NCBI GenBank assembly: GCA_020137815.1
Contig: CM035350.1
Coordinates: forward strand, 3,720,001 to 3,784,000
Direction of reading: 5' to 3'
Length of the DNA stretch: 64,000 nt
DNA from: Hormiphora californensis
Taxonomy: Eukaryota > Animalia > Ctenophora
Part shown: piece by piece, positions 25,701-38,565 of the stretch
Position numbering within the stretch: the stretch's first letter is position 1
How the letters are laid out: each line of letters begins with the position of its first letter
Notes under the pieces: model-generated
The model's database searches: none
Told to the model about the DNA's origin: nothing
Seen by the model: only the letters and a program-made list of their open reading frames with translations
Program-made: the position numbers and the translations under genes

Positions 25701-25853
25701 TTCTTTATGTGGGCGATACTGGTTCTCCTGGCTGCCGTGTTGCAATGGGCTATCTGCAAGAAAATACAGGGACCTCTGGATGAGTACCGAGAAAAGGAGC
25801 TGGAATGTAAAAATGATGGAACAGAATTAAAGAATAAAGAAAGTGGAGTATGA
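22720..25853 (+). CDS. SLC15: Proton-dependent oligopeptide transporter (POT/PTR, SLC15 PepT-like), paralog 1
   Basis: Spliced motifs [130 protein letters not shown]; ATG 22720, stop 25851-25853. Confidence 0.95.
23468..23639. mobile_element. Tc1/mariner(pogo)-type MITE in PepT paralog 1 intron
   Basis: TA|CAGTCGAACCCCGATTTAGGG ... CCCTAAATCGGGGTCCGACTG|TA with internal CCCCGATTTAG repeats; related fragments near 35986 and 59735-59816. Confidence 0.85.
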
Positions 25854-26371
25854 TAAAGGACTGTTTAGGGACAAAATTATTTATAGAGCGAGAAAATTAT
25901 TTTCATATCAAGTTGAGGGTTCGGGAAAACTCTCCTTACTAACTGAGAATTCAGACTTCCAGAGATACCAGATAGATCTGATAAACTTTCAGAGATGTTA
26001 GGAAAATCAAGTTCGTTATTTTGTTATCTCCAAACATTTGAATTCGATTTTATTCGTGCGTAAAAAGATCATTTGTTTTTTATAACAGTCTCTCCCTCAA
26101 AGTGTCTGCTGGCGATGTATATCAACTTGACCCTTGTAAATATATCTCTGGCTGATGTCTTCCCCTCATTTTCAGCTAATTCGATCATCACCACCACCAC
26201 CATAACGGCCCCTGGATTTAACTCATGTTGAGAGTGCTACTGGATCATCAGCGTATTGAGTTTCAAATTTACAATTTTCCGATTGTTTTCCGCACATACC
26301 CTTGTGGCCCTTTCCCTCTTAAATAATCGCCTTTGTTTCTGTGAGGAATCGTGAGGAGGAATTTGTTTACA

Positions 26372-27553
26372 ATGAGTAGAAAGTGTTCAATCCAGGTAAC
26401 ACTCATATTACCCGCCATATTACCCGTCATTTAATATTGATTCTATATATAAATCTGCAATATGTAATCTTATTTGGTTAAGGCAGATGATTCATCAAAT
26501 TGTTTCATATTTCAGTACTGACACAACAATTCCATCCCCTTATTGATATATAATGATCTCCCCACCTGCTCTATTATAACAACTACTGATCACAATAATT
26601 GTGCACAACTGCAGTACAACACCCCACAACTCCCTGCTCTGTTATGATCACAACACTGTAACACCCCCACCACTCCCTGCTCTGTTTTGATCACAACACT
26701 GTAACACCCCCACCACTCCCTGCTCTGATTTTACCACAATAGTACAACACCCCCACCACTAACGATCCCTAACAACATCCATATGTCTGCAGTTGGAGGA
26801 GTACGATGGAGCGAGAAGGAGATCATCAATCATGGAGACCAAGGGACACGTTGGTAGGTGCAGTCATGTACAATGTACAATATATACAGTGTACAATGTA
26901 CAATGTACACACTGACAAACTGAAGACATCCTGTCCTGACAGACAACTATATTATCTCAAGTTTCATGTATCTGAAGAGCTCAATGTAATGCTGCAGGTG
27001 TTTTCTTGACATAATAGTGTACGTGATGGAGCTTGTCCACTGATTATACCTTAAAAAGTATTGAGCCACAGAACCTGGATCTTTATTGTGCATAATAGTC
27101 CCATGCTTTTGTGCTGTGGTCACCGCGTGCTGGATTCATGTGTTTCAATGTTGGGATATTGTTCTCATGTGTTGAATATAGTCATCAGACCACGTCCTTT
27201 TTCAACCTGTCAGAGCATTGGGCTGACCCTATTCTCATTTCTCATTTTTCAAGTGAAATATGATAGAACAGCTGTACACATTGCATCTTTGATCCATGTG
27301 GTGGTGGTATTTAGTAGCACATATTGTGTGGAACTATTGTGTTCCACACACGTGTGTAACTCATGGTAGAGGAGGAGGTGTGCTATTATATTGATGATGA
27401 TTATGCCTCAATTGATATATTTATAATGATTATGCCTCAACTGTGAATGTAAGAATCTTCTTCCCATTTTTCTCTCTCTTATATCTTTCTCTCTCCGTCC
27501 CTCTCTGTCTTCCTTTTTCCCTTCCTATCTTTCTCTCTTTCTCTCTCTTTCTC

Positions 27554-27618
<65 letters not shown>

Positions 27619-30600
27619 TCTTCCATCTCTTCCCTTTGTACATTAAATAGGATGTGCTATTTGTACATGTTGAACAGTTGAGCTTTCCGTGGCAGTATAA
27701 TATATAATGTTAGCTGTAGTGCCTTGAGGATGTATATAAGAGAAGTCTCTTGCTGTGTTGTGAAATGTACACTCTTAGATGATGTGAAAGAGCTTCTTTG
27801 TGGTAGAATTGTTCAATTCATCTTGATTCTAGGCTTGAATTGTAACTCTTGTCTGACTACTGCAGATCCAGGGCGTGTGTATGTTATATACGGGGCAGGG
27901 AAATGTAAGCATACCCCGTGGGTCGTGGGTGCCCTTCCCCTCAATATTCAGATACACACAGCACCGGTGTGTTGTGTTGTCCTGTGCTGTGTGGTATTGT
28001 TCTCATCTTTGTTTTAGTTCCAATCGTGATGTACTCGATAATATGGCGTAGTGAAATCAATGAATGACGCTGAAAGCCCGGTATCAGGCCCTCCGGTCCT
28101 CTCCTGACTGTGATGTTGAGCAGCTGATCGATGGTGATCTCACTCACCATGCCTCATCCGGCAGTCCCTATCAGGATTTCCTCAGTTCGGGTAGACCACT
28201 CCTTGTCATTACACCAATTATCAGTGACATCGGACCGACAGGCATGCATTCAGCATAGTTACTCACTTATTTATTTATTTTTTTTCGTTGACAGACATAT
28301 ATTGAGACATGAGTAAACTATCTAACATGATCAATTAAACAGCTCTCTCTTCCTATATATCTAACCTCTATCCCTTACACAGTTCCAACTGAGATACACG
28401 ATGTGAGTGGAGATAATGTGGCTAAGAAGCAGAAGGTACCCCGTGTGTTCGGCTACCCCGTATCCATCCCCTTCATCATAGCCAATGAGTTCTGTGAACG
28501 CTTCTCCTACTATGGAATGATGGGTGAGAAACAAAACCGTAGTTGTTTTTCTAGAAAGTATACAACTTCCAATTGTTTACTTAAACCTGACAAGTGTTTT
28601 CCTTGAAACACGTGTATGTAACATACCCCGAATCAGCGATTCTGTTTATCTATCTGAAGGACAAGTTACAGCTTGGCGAAGACACCGCTTCCCTGTGGTA
28701 CCATGAATTCCAGGCTCTCTGCTATCTAACCCCAATTCTGGGTGCCCTTGTTGCAGACATTCTACTGGGAAAATTCAGGTGAATTACTGGAACCGGAAAT
28801 AGCTCTCTCTCAAGTTAAATCTGAATTTTACCATGCGACTACTAGAACAAAGTTCACCACTTTAAACAAAAAATTCCCACAATTTGCTACTGTATAACTT
28901 ACTATAATCTCATGCTATTACTACCTACAGGACGATACTGATATTCTCAATCATCTATCTAATCGGGAACATGACTGTCGCTCTGACTTCAATCGGGAAA
29001 ATTGATATTTTCCAAGCCAAGGAGTCGATAATAACTGGAGAAGTGGATGGGAAAGAAGAGACATGGATGGATTACACTCCTGCGCTCTGGGGACCACTCA
29101 TAGGCCTTCATTTGATCGCTCTGGGCACTGGGGGCATCAAACCGTGTGTGTCTAGCTTCGGTGGTGATCAATTCAAAAAGACTGAGGTAGATAAGGAAAT
29201 AGATAAACAACGCATGTGGATTCAAAACGTCTGATATGATTTCTGAATATCGTACATTAATTAATTCCATTGTACTATCTCTGAATCCATTATATGTGTA
29301 CTACCTTTGAATCATCTTCCAGACTGATAAGATCCAAAAGTATTTCTCCATGTTCTACGCGTCAATCAACGCTGGCAGCCTCATCTCAACTGCAATCAGT
29401 CCGGAACTCAGAAGTAAGAAAACAGTCACAGAAAACTAATTTCCTGGTCCTTTTACAATCTGAACATCCCATTCTCTCTCTCGTGTGTAACTTATACTCA
29501 TGTTTATCTCACTGCAGATATAATCCTTCATTGCAGGTCTCGGTTGTTTTGGAGAGCACTCATGTTTCCCCGCAGCCTTCGTTATTCCCGGTGGAACACT
29601 GCTCTTTGCCATCATTGCATTCCTCCTGGCTAGCAAGTGGTACATCATTGTTCCTCCCCTTGGTAATCCCCTGGTAGATGCCACCAAGGTCACCTTTGTA
29701 AGTGCATGAGTGGTCCGGTTAGGTAATTCGATACTTGTATGATCTATCATCAGCTGAGAGCTTGATTCAAGTTTCATAATATGCCATAATCTCACAGGGA
29801 CTAATAACTTCAAATAGTGAAGAGTGCGAGAAACGATACGGGGTGAGTAACCATTGATCATATTATTAGGAATACCAAATCACTCTCGAATAGTAGCTTC
29901 TAAACCCCGGCCCCTCTTCAAACTATTGGTTGACACATGCAATTACAGGCTGGTAAGGTAGCAGACACAAAACAGCTGCTCCGGGTGTGCACCATCTTTA
30001 TTCCATTCATCTTTTTCTGGGCTCTCTTCCAGCAACAAAGCAGTACATGGATTGTTCAGCTGTCAGCAATGAACGGAATGATTGTAAGTCCGTGACTTTT
30101 ATAAGTGGTTCACGTGCTGTACCTTGCCTAGCTAAACTCTGTTTCGTGCGCCCCGCCCGAGGAGGGTTAGAACATAACAAGCTGTACCTTGAGTCGTTAA
30201 ATACTGACTACTAACGAGTATCTGGTTGAGCTGATCAGAACTCAGTGTGCTGTCATGGGAAGGTGGTACGCGTAACAGTCAAATCACTCACAACACCTAC
30301 GATGTTTGCGTATAATTGTTCCCTGATATACCCCTCTCTCGTTTCCAGGGTAGTTTTGAATTGAAACCTGACCAGATGCAGATATTTAACCCACTCTACA
30401 TCTTGCTGCTCATCCCAGCTTTTGAATACGGTGTTTACCCCCTCATGAAGCGGATCGGAATTCCTACAACGTATGTGTTATTTTAACCAAAGAGATGAGA
30501 CGAACGATTATATTTTAAAAATGGCAGGTTTTGACACATGTATGTGTCTCTTCATTAGGCAGGTTTTGACACATGTCTCCCCATTAGGCCGTTAGCCCGA

Positions 30601-31774
30601 ATGGTGACTGGCATGGTGTTTACCTCTTTGTCCTTCGTCATGGCAGCCATCCTTCAAATTGTAATTGAGGTAGGTAATATACTCACATTGAGCAAGCTCA
30701 ATTTAGCTATTTTCCGGCTGGGTATTATAGGGCTGAGGTACTCTACTAAAGATATTGAGGTAGGTAACAGCTATTAGATAGGGTTGTGCAGCAGACACGT
30801 TATTATTGAGGTTCGTAATGATATATAGGGCACTGGGATCATTGGTAGGTAAGCTCCTACATATGAAATTTTGTCCTGACAATATATCCAAGACTTTGGA
30901 AGTCAACAAATAGATGTAGGTAGCAACAAAGATGACACAATCCTTCTCACTCTCAGGGAAAACTGGACGAGTACAATGTTCAGCATGATACCAGCTATAG
31001 TTTCTCGGAGCTGCAAAATGAAACCTTCACCTTTCTCCGGGAGAACCAGATCCACCGATTGGCCATGATACCCCAGATATTCATTCTGACGTGTGGGGAG
31101 ATCATGTGCTCAATTACCGCCCTGGAGTTCGCTTATGCTTATGTAAGTCCTGTCAGAGCATTGGCCTGACAAGTGACCCTATTCTCATTTCTTCTCGGAA
31201 CGCACGAGAACTGTGGTCAGAGCATTGGCCTGACAGCGTAAGCCAGACAATTATATCTCCGTGTTCCTTTTTTTAAGTATCCTGTAACTTATCTAATAGT
31301 AGTAATTTTACAGGCTCCCGAGTCAATGAAATCTGTGTGCCAGTCTCTTCTGCTGCTTTCGAACAGTTTTGGAAATGTTCTTGTCATAATTTTCAAGAAA
31401 GTCACCGATAATTACGTAAGAAATAGTTAAATAGTAGATCAAAATATCAAATGCCTCTATTGTGGTTCAGAGAAACCGCGGTCCCTTACCCATATATATT
31501 ATAACTGCTTTTGAGACTCTGACCATCTCGATCTAACACAATTAATACCCTCTCCTAGGTGATCATGTTCTTCATGTGGGCCGGTCTCCAGATGTTTGGC
31601 GTGATACTAATCATTATAATCCTCCGGGTAATGCAAGGACCCTTAGAAGAGTTCAAGGAAGCGGCCGCGGCAGCAAATAATTCTCAGAATCTCAATATGG
31701 AGGATATTGAGTTGGAAGGGAAGAATAATGGAGATCAGTCCCCTCCTCCCGCATATGATACTGTCAACGAGTAG
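26372..31774 (+). CDS. SLC15: Proton-dependent oligopeptide transporter (SLC15 PepT-like), paralog 2; core secure from 28383, first exon uncertain
   Basis: Essentially the same intron positions as paralog 1; [101 protein letters not shown]; stop 31772-31774. Candidate 5' exons MSRKCSIQ (26372) and [20 protein letters not shown] (26793). Confidence 0.9.
26605..26760. repeat. ~43-bp minisatellite, ~3 copies
   Basis: ACTCCCTGCTCTGTTWTGATCACAACACTGTAACACCCCCACC repeated. Confidence 0.8.
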
Positions 31775-32775
31775 CTTAACGCAAAATAAACACGTACACG
31801 TACGGGACCTAAGTCCTAAGCAAACACGTACGCTGAAGGGACTCATCAAGCAGAAACTTATTAAGAGAGAGACAATGATTTGACAGAGACTGATAAATCA
31901 GGATTATTGATACTGGTTATCAACCACTTTATCCCCTTGATTATTATTATAAAAATTTACAATTCTATAGTTTTTACTCCATTTTGGTACTCCAATTAAT
32001 ACTCTGGTTTTTATGGTATTCTGATTATATCCCTGTACATCCGGGTACACAAAATCTTCACATAATTGGTGATGTCATACGCGGTTAATTGGCTGGTACC
32101 GCGGACCTCATCGGAGTTGCACGCTACACAAACAATACCCGTTGAATAAACCTATTAAACCTGTCAACGTTGCGTAAACAACCCCGTAAACAACACTGAC
32201 ATCTGGTTATCTTACATTTATACTTCAGGTCCTAGTTACCCATATAATAGGGATTGGTTACTAACATGCAATTACTGCAACTTCACCAGCTTACGTAGAA
32301 TTATGTTCTTTCTATAAATACGGGCTACAGCTGTGTTTACATAACACTTTCGCCGAACACACTCAGCATTTGGATTCTTAGAAACCCCTAGCACATTACC
32401 ATGAACACTCCGTGTTTGTGAATATGTGTGTGTGTGCCATCCAATTTTGCTCCCCAATCCATTTATCTAGAGAGCTCTAGAACAGGGATATATGTTCTGA
32501 GAACTTGGTATTCTAGTAATCCAGCTATCCTTTAATCGTACAAGAGGAATTATCACATACGAATTTTGTTGCTGTTGTTTGTGTTAGGGTCTCTCGAGAC
32601 AAGATTTAAAAAGCTGCAATCGTACCATACCCCTGCTTTTATTATTCTTAAATTCAACTTTGTTTTTAGTTTTGAATCCTGTAATTTGCCAGTTCACTTA
32701 GAACTTTATTTATAACTATATTTTACGATTTATAACCGTTTTATGTTAATCCTCAACTTTATACAGCTGTTCCAT

Positions 32776-35188
32776 ATGCTGCTGTCACTACTCCTCCTTG
32801 CTTGCCCCCTGATATGTGAGTGCAAAACCCGCTACTACGACTGGTCGGTTCAGAGGGATACCCGGTTGGTTGCGGGCCGAACCATGGTGGTTCAAACGGT
32901 TAACGGTGACCTGGTTCCACCACCCCTGCACGTTGATGTTGGTGATATCCTGAGGATTAACGTGACAAACAATCTCCCAGACATGGGAATCAGCATCCAC
33001 TGGCATGGCTTTTTGATGAAGGAGTACCAGGTATTTGACGGAGTGGTAGGGTTAACCCAGTGCGCTATTGGTCCTGGCGAGAGCTTTTTGTACGACTGGC
33101 CGGTCTATGAGAATCCCGGGACATACTGGTGGCACGGTCATGCGGGGATCCCCATAGTGGGTCAGGATTTTGCCCGGGGAATGTTGATTGTGCATCCGGA
33201 GGGAAGCGGCCGGGCCGATCTGGAGAACTATGAGGAAGAGATGAGTGAGAGGCTGATTATGTATGAAGATCTATCTCCTACCTTTCCCTTCATGGACTAC
33301 ATCATGATGTTGGGCGGGATCTCTGCTCGTCCCGAGAAAGATCTAGAAGGGTTCTACGAGAGCATGATTACCTGGACACATGGTCTTGCTAACGGTGAAC
33401 TGAACCACGAGGTCTTTGTGGAGGCGGGGAAAACATACCGATTTAGGCTGCTAAACGGTGGTCACGTGTTCGCCTACATCTGGTCGATTGATCAGCATGA
33501 CTTCAAGGTGGTAGCTAGTGATGCGGCAGAGGTTGTTCCCTACCCTACCGATGGGCTACAGATCCATGTTGGGGAGCGGTTTGACGTTGAAATTACCTTC
33601 CAGGAGTCGGAGGAAAACAAGAGCTACTACATGCGGGCTATGACACCATCTTATGATATCAGTAGGGGGATCTTCTCGGCTATCAGAGTTAGGGGATCAA
33701 AAGCAAAGGATACCGATCCATACCCAGAACCACCTACCGCATTCTATACCCAACCCAAACAGGTCCTCAACTGTCTGATGCACCAGGCCTTCGCTAACAT
33801 CATTAATTGTCAACCCGTCACCAACCTGAAACCAGCTGAGTTACTTGAGATGCCCGATTTGGATGACATCAAGTACCACATTGTGGATTTCGACGATGAG
33901 AGCTCACCCTTAGCCAGTCATTTCGTGGCTATAGATAACGGGGTCTTCAAGCAAAGTGTAATGCCCACCAAGGCGATGATCAGATCAGATTTTAAAGAGG
34001 AGATAGACATGCATCCCAACACTAATGTCCTGAAACTGAACCTGCATAAAACTGTTATAATGGTCTTCAGAAGTGCAACTGCTTTCCCCCATCCCATCCA
34101 TCTACATGGCCACAAGTTTGAGGTTCTCAAGATTGTCCCTCGAAAGTATCCTCTTTGTCCTAACGGCAGGTAATGGCACCTTTTGTACTTTCGTCTTCTC
34201 TTTGTCCTAACGGCAGGTAATGTCACCTCTTGTACTTTCGTCTTCCCTTCATTAAAGACGGAGAGCTTATAATGTTAAGTAGGGGATCAATACATTTTTA
34301 CAACTAACCGATTTATTTTCAGGTGTGTCTGGCAGAACATTGCAACATCATTTTCTCCAAAACTCTCAGACATTGCTAAGCAACCAAAGTCCGTTGTTAA
34401 GGATACCGTCATTCTACCAGCCGGTAATTAAAATTATAAATGTGTGATGAGACCTGAACTTGAGTTGAATTTGCAAAGCTGCCTAGCATATGATTATACT
34501 GATTACCTGATGATTTATGTCTTAAATCCCATCATTTAATCAAAACATATATATATCGGCAGGTGGTTTGATAGCTATTCGGTTTGTAACTGACAACCCC
34601 GGGGTTTGGGCGATACACTGTCACCTGGACCAGCATCTGGAGGATGGACAGTTCATTATCATGGACGAGGGAGGATATCGGCAATCCCACTTTCCTGATG
34701 ATTACCCCAGCTGCAACTACGCAGGTACAACAATTGGAGTTGTTTTGAAAACTTGCTCTTTCTCCATGTGCTGTGGAGTTGTGAGATTGATCCTCATTAT
34801 ATTTCAACCCTTGAAACATGTAGCTACCTTCCCTGCAGCAACCCCCAATTCCAATAGTTGGCTTAACCAGTAAAACTATATTGTTTTCTCTGCAGGTCGA
34901 ATACCGATGCCCAAGAAAACAGCATGCCTTTGTATGGACCATCTCAACCTATACAAACCCAAGGGTGTTAAATCGTATTACCAGTGCAGTGAGCCCCATC
35001 TGTGTGGGAGGACCCAGTACACTGACGAGGACATCTCCATTTTTGAAAAGATAAAGGCCATGAATTTGAAGGAGCGGAATTCATTTAAAGATTTTATGGA
35101 AACCCGCTTTAGACCGGAGGAAACGGAAGCTTGGGGAAACATTTTGGACACAATCATTGATGGTACTCAGAAAAAGTCAAATACATAA
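32776..35188 (+). CDS. Secreted three-domain multicopper oxidase (laccase/ascorbate-oxidase-like), 4 exons
   Basis: Signal peptide MLLSLLLLACPLICEC; all four Cu motifs: HWHG, WWHGH, HPIHLHGH, HCHLDQH; exons 32776-34169, 34323-34423, 34563-~34723, ~34896-35188, phase consistent. Confidence 0.95.
34153..34246. repeat. Tandem ~47-bp duplication that copies the exon-1 splice donor of the oxidase
   Basis: CTTTGTCCTAACGGCAGGTAATG.CACCT.TTGTACTTTCGTCTTC occurs twice in tandem. Confidence 0.85.
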
Positions 35189-35537
35189 CAGATAAAATGG
35201 CTACAATTTGCGTTAAAATTTTCGGAGTTAAAACGAGATTTAGTAAGATTTAGTAAGATAAGCTAAGAAAGCTTAACACTTGAGACGGAAAATAGCTGTA
35301 TTTGTGTGTGCGTGTATGACAAATAACATATATATAGCGTCCATGAGTGGAACCAGACAGTCAGAGTTTGCTAGAACTGCAGGGCCCTCACTCAATTATC
35401 TTATGGTGATGTATAATATAATGGACAATTGTTACAGACAACCCCTTTACTTCTTATGACAGGAGTCCTAGTAAAAGACGCCCAGCGTCTGTATGTGATA
35501 ACCCGTTGTTGAATCCTCTCTGTTGAATTTCATTTTA

Positions 35538-38500
35538 TTACTTCAGACGAAATGCTGATTTGAATGTGTCCAATGGACTCCGTAGTACCCGGTATGCCTG
35601 TGCTTTCAGGATAGTTCGAAGGAAGGAGCACCGGTAATAGTAGATCAACACGTTACATGGGGTGTTTAGGTATACCAAGGTAACTATCAGGGTCGGATAG
35701 AGCACACAGGACTCGTAACTGAAATGAAATTAACGCGTGAAAATTTCCAAACCTTTTCCAGGTTGATCCCCATGGTAACTCACCTCCACATTTCATGTTT
35801 TTTGTTCAGTGAGGTGGTGCAGACAGCAAAGTAGTTGGTTTCAAAAAGGCCCCAGTACACAAACAGTCCCAAGTGGCATACCAGGAAAGTCACTGCTACT
35901 AGAATCATAGTTAGAGCTGCTCTTCGCTGAAATTACAGATATCTTGTTTTAATACAAACATGATATGGTACTTGGAATTACTTAATAGCCGGACCCCGAT
36001 TTACCGGAATCCCGAGAGAAAATTTTCCCTTGAAATTGTCTATCATATTTCCCGGAAATATAATGTGTGTGCGGCACACCCACTGTGTGGCCGGTGATAA
36101 ACTGTTTATTATTGCTAGAACCGGAAATCAAAGTAAGGCTGAACAAACAATCACATATTAATATGGGCCAACTTCGAGAAAACGGGAAGTAAGACGATGG
36201 GCCAACTTCGAGTAAACGGGACACGACATTCTTTCTGGGACAACCTAATATTTGACAGAATTGTTGACAGACCTGGAGTTTAGCTCTTCGGCTGGTGCTA
36301 GGAACCTTGTTGTTGATTTTAGGGGGCGAGGGGTCATGAAGCATCAGCATTTTATCATCCTGATCCTTGTACAGCATCTCCTCCTCTGTGTTGATGTTCA
36401 CTGCTGTGAAGTGTGTGAGGATTAGTAATTATTAATTAGGTTGGTCTAACACTCTAACTGATTCACGTTGACACATGCACACATTTTCAGTAGACATGTT
36501 CATTTTTAAATTACACTTGACACATGTGTGCTCATTTAGTAACACTGTTGACAGTCGTTACTCTACAAAATAAGTGATGTGAATTGGTACAATGTACATA
36601 TTATTTATTCGTATTGTATTCAAGTCATTCCCACATGCACTATTTGATCATGTTGTTCATTCACAATATTAATTGTCTTACTGTGCTCCAGGGAGTTATG
36701 AGAGACAAAGGACAGTTTTGGACTGTTGGAAATTACTACCCCTTCAAAATCCTGGTCAACACTTGACCGGGCCATTTGTAAAATCTGCGTTGCATTTGAG
36801 GCAATGCTATCACTTTGTCTATGAGCGAATCTGATGTCTGTATAGGAAAAAGAGAAAGACTATACACACAGCTGCCATAAAATCCTCCCATTCTTCTCAG
36901 AATAGAAATGTAGAATAGCACATTATATATTATATTGCTACAACATACTTGGCGATGCAGAGCGTAAGTTGATCCCTCCGATTGGTTTCAGTTGGTTTCT
37001 ATACAGCTTGATTGGTACAAAGAGACAGCTGAAGAGAGAGAGAGTTCATTAGTCTTCAATAAATGAACAGAAGCTGGTGTCAAAACACAGAATATGAAAA
37101 GTAAAATGATCTGAACATCAACCAAGCTGCAGTACACAACTAACTTGAAGCAAACGACCAGGATGGGTATGCCGAAGAGGATGGAGTAGATGAGAGTTGT
37201 AGAGACCTTCAGGTAGATTTCATCCAGATCTTTCAATAGGTTGTGGAGCTCCAGAGTACACGTGGTGATGTACATGTCATATCCGTACCTGAAAGTAGTT
37301 TGTGTAGGATGTTTGTTGTAATAGAATATGTACAGGGATGTATTATTTAGTTATGTGATTATGTTGGTATGCAATGAGTACGTGCTTATGTGTGGTTGAG
37401 ACTTGGGATAAACTACATGGGTCCGTGCTTATCGGGTTGAGACTTAGTAATGGTATTACCTCTCCGCGCCTCAACGTAAATATAGATGCAACTTCTCGTC
37501 GAGAGTGTTTATATGGTTCGAGAGTTTTTATGTGGTTCGGACTGCAACTATGGCCCGTGTTGTAACTTACACTCGAGGTTGAAAGATGGAGGCTACCATG
37601 ACAACTGTCACGGGGAACCATGTCGCTACTATTAGTACCCATGGCTTCATCTTTTTCTGCATGTTGGCATAGCTGATCGGTGCAGATATTGCCAGAACTC
37701 GGTCTATTGAAATTGCCATGTTGCTGATGAGGGATACCAACATACAACCCAGAAACACTGCCCTGTTTGGAATTGTTATGTTTAGTCATTCGAGAACATT
37801 CAAGAGCACTATGGTAAACAATTGTTGTGTTTTCTACCTGTTACAGAGCAATTTACAAAAAGTACGGGTACTTTTGTCCCATGGCGCCGCCACACGTATT
37901 TTCATTGGGTCCTTTTTGTAAGTTGGTCCCTAATTGGCTGCATTCATTTACCCTTGATAGCTGCACATTGGAGGGTTTTCCTGGTAGCTGATGACTCGGT
38001 AAGTCTCAGAGTTGTACAGTAGATAAAGACTATACGGCATGCAGAATAGTGTTATTATGATGTCCGATGCTAGTAGGTTGATGAACCATGGGTAGATGTG
38101 GGCGGAAGCCTTTACAAATGCTCCAACTGACATGGCATTACCTGAAAGGTGCAATGGCTGTCTGGTGGGATCATGACTATGCAGTATACATGTCTACCAT
38201 TATTATAGTCGGTGCTGCTAGATATAGACAGACGATTTAGATTCAAGTTTCAGATTCAAATTAAAAAAGCATTATACAATGTAATTATTGTCATAATGTT
38301 CATTACTTACCTAAGATGGATGCGATAAAAATCAACAAGTTGATCGTAAAGTATACTGTTTCTGATGTGTAGGGAGGTAGATAGGGATCTGAAATTAACT
38401 AAAATTAAAAACTATTCGTGGTGGATTCGTGGTGGATTCTGATTTCAACCTACCAGGCCCGGTTGTGTGAGGGTCAGGTGTGTTAATTGGTTCTGTTGTG

Positions 38501-38565
38501 GAAGATATATTGAACGATTGTTGGGTTACAAACACTGATTCCTCCACCGGGTAATGGCCGGACAT
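35538..38565 (-). CDS. Multi-exon rhodopsin-like (class A) orphan GPCR
   Basis: Spliced TM1 FIASILGNAM, TM2 INLLASDII, TM3 Cys plus AISIDRVLAI, TM4 W, TM5 FGIPILVV, TM6 RRAALTMILVAVTFLVCHL, TM7 YLNTPCNVLIYYYR; 9 exons, stop 35538-35540. Confidence 0.85.

Noticed and set aside
32743-32775. Upstream ATG extension of the oxidase
   Set aside because: It lies in an AT-rich tract before an acceptor-like ACAG (32766); ATG 32776 gives a cleaner signal peptide.
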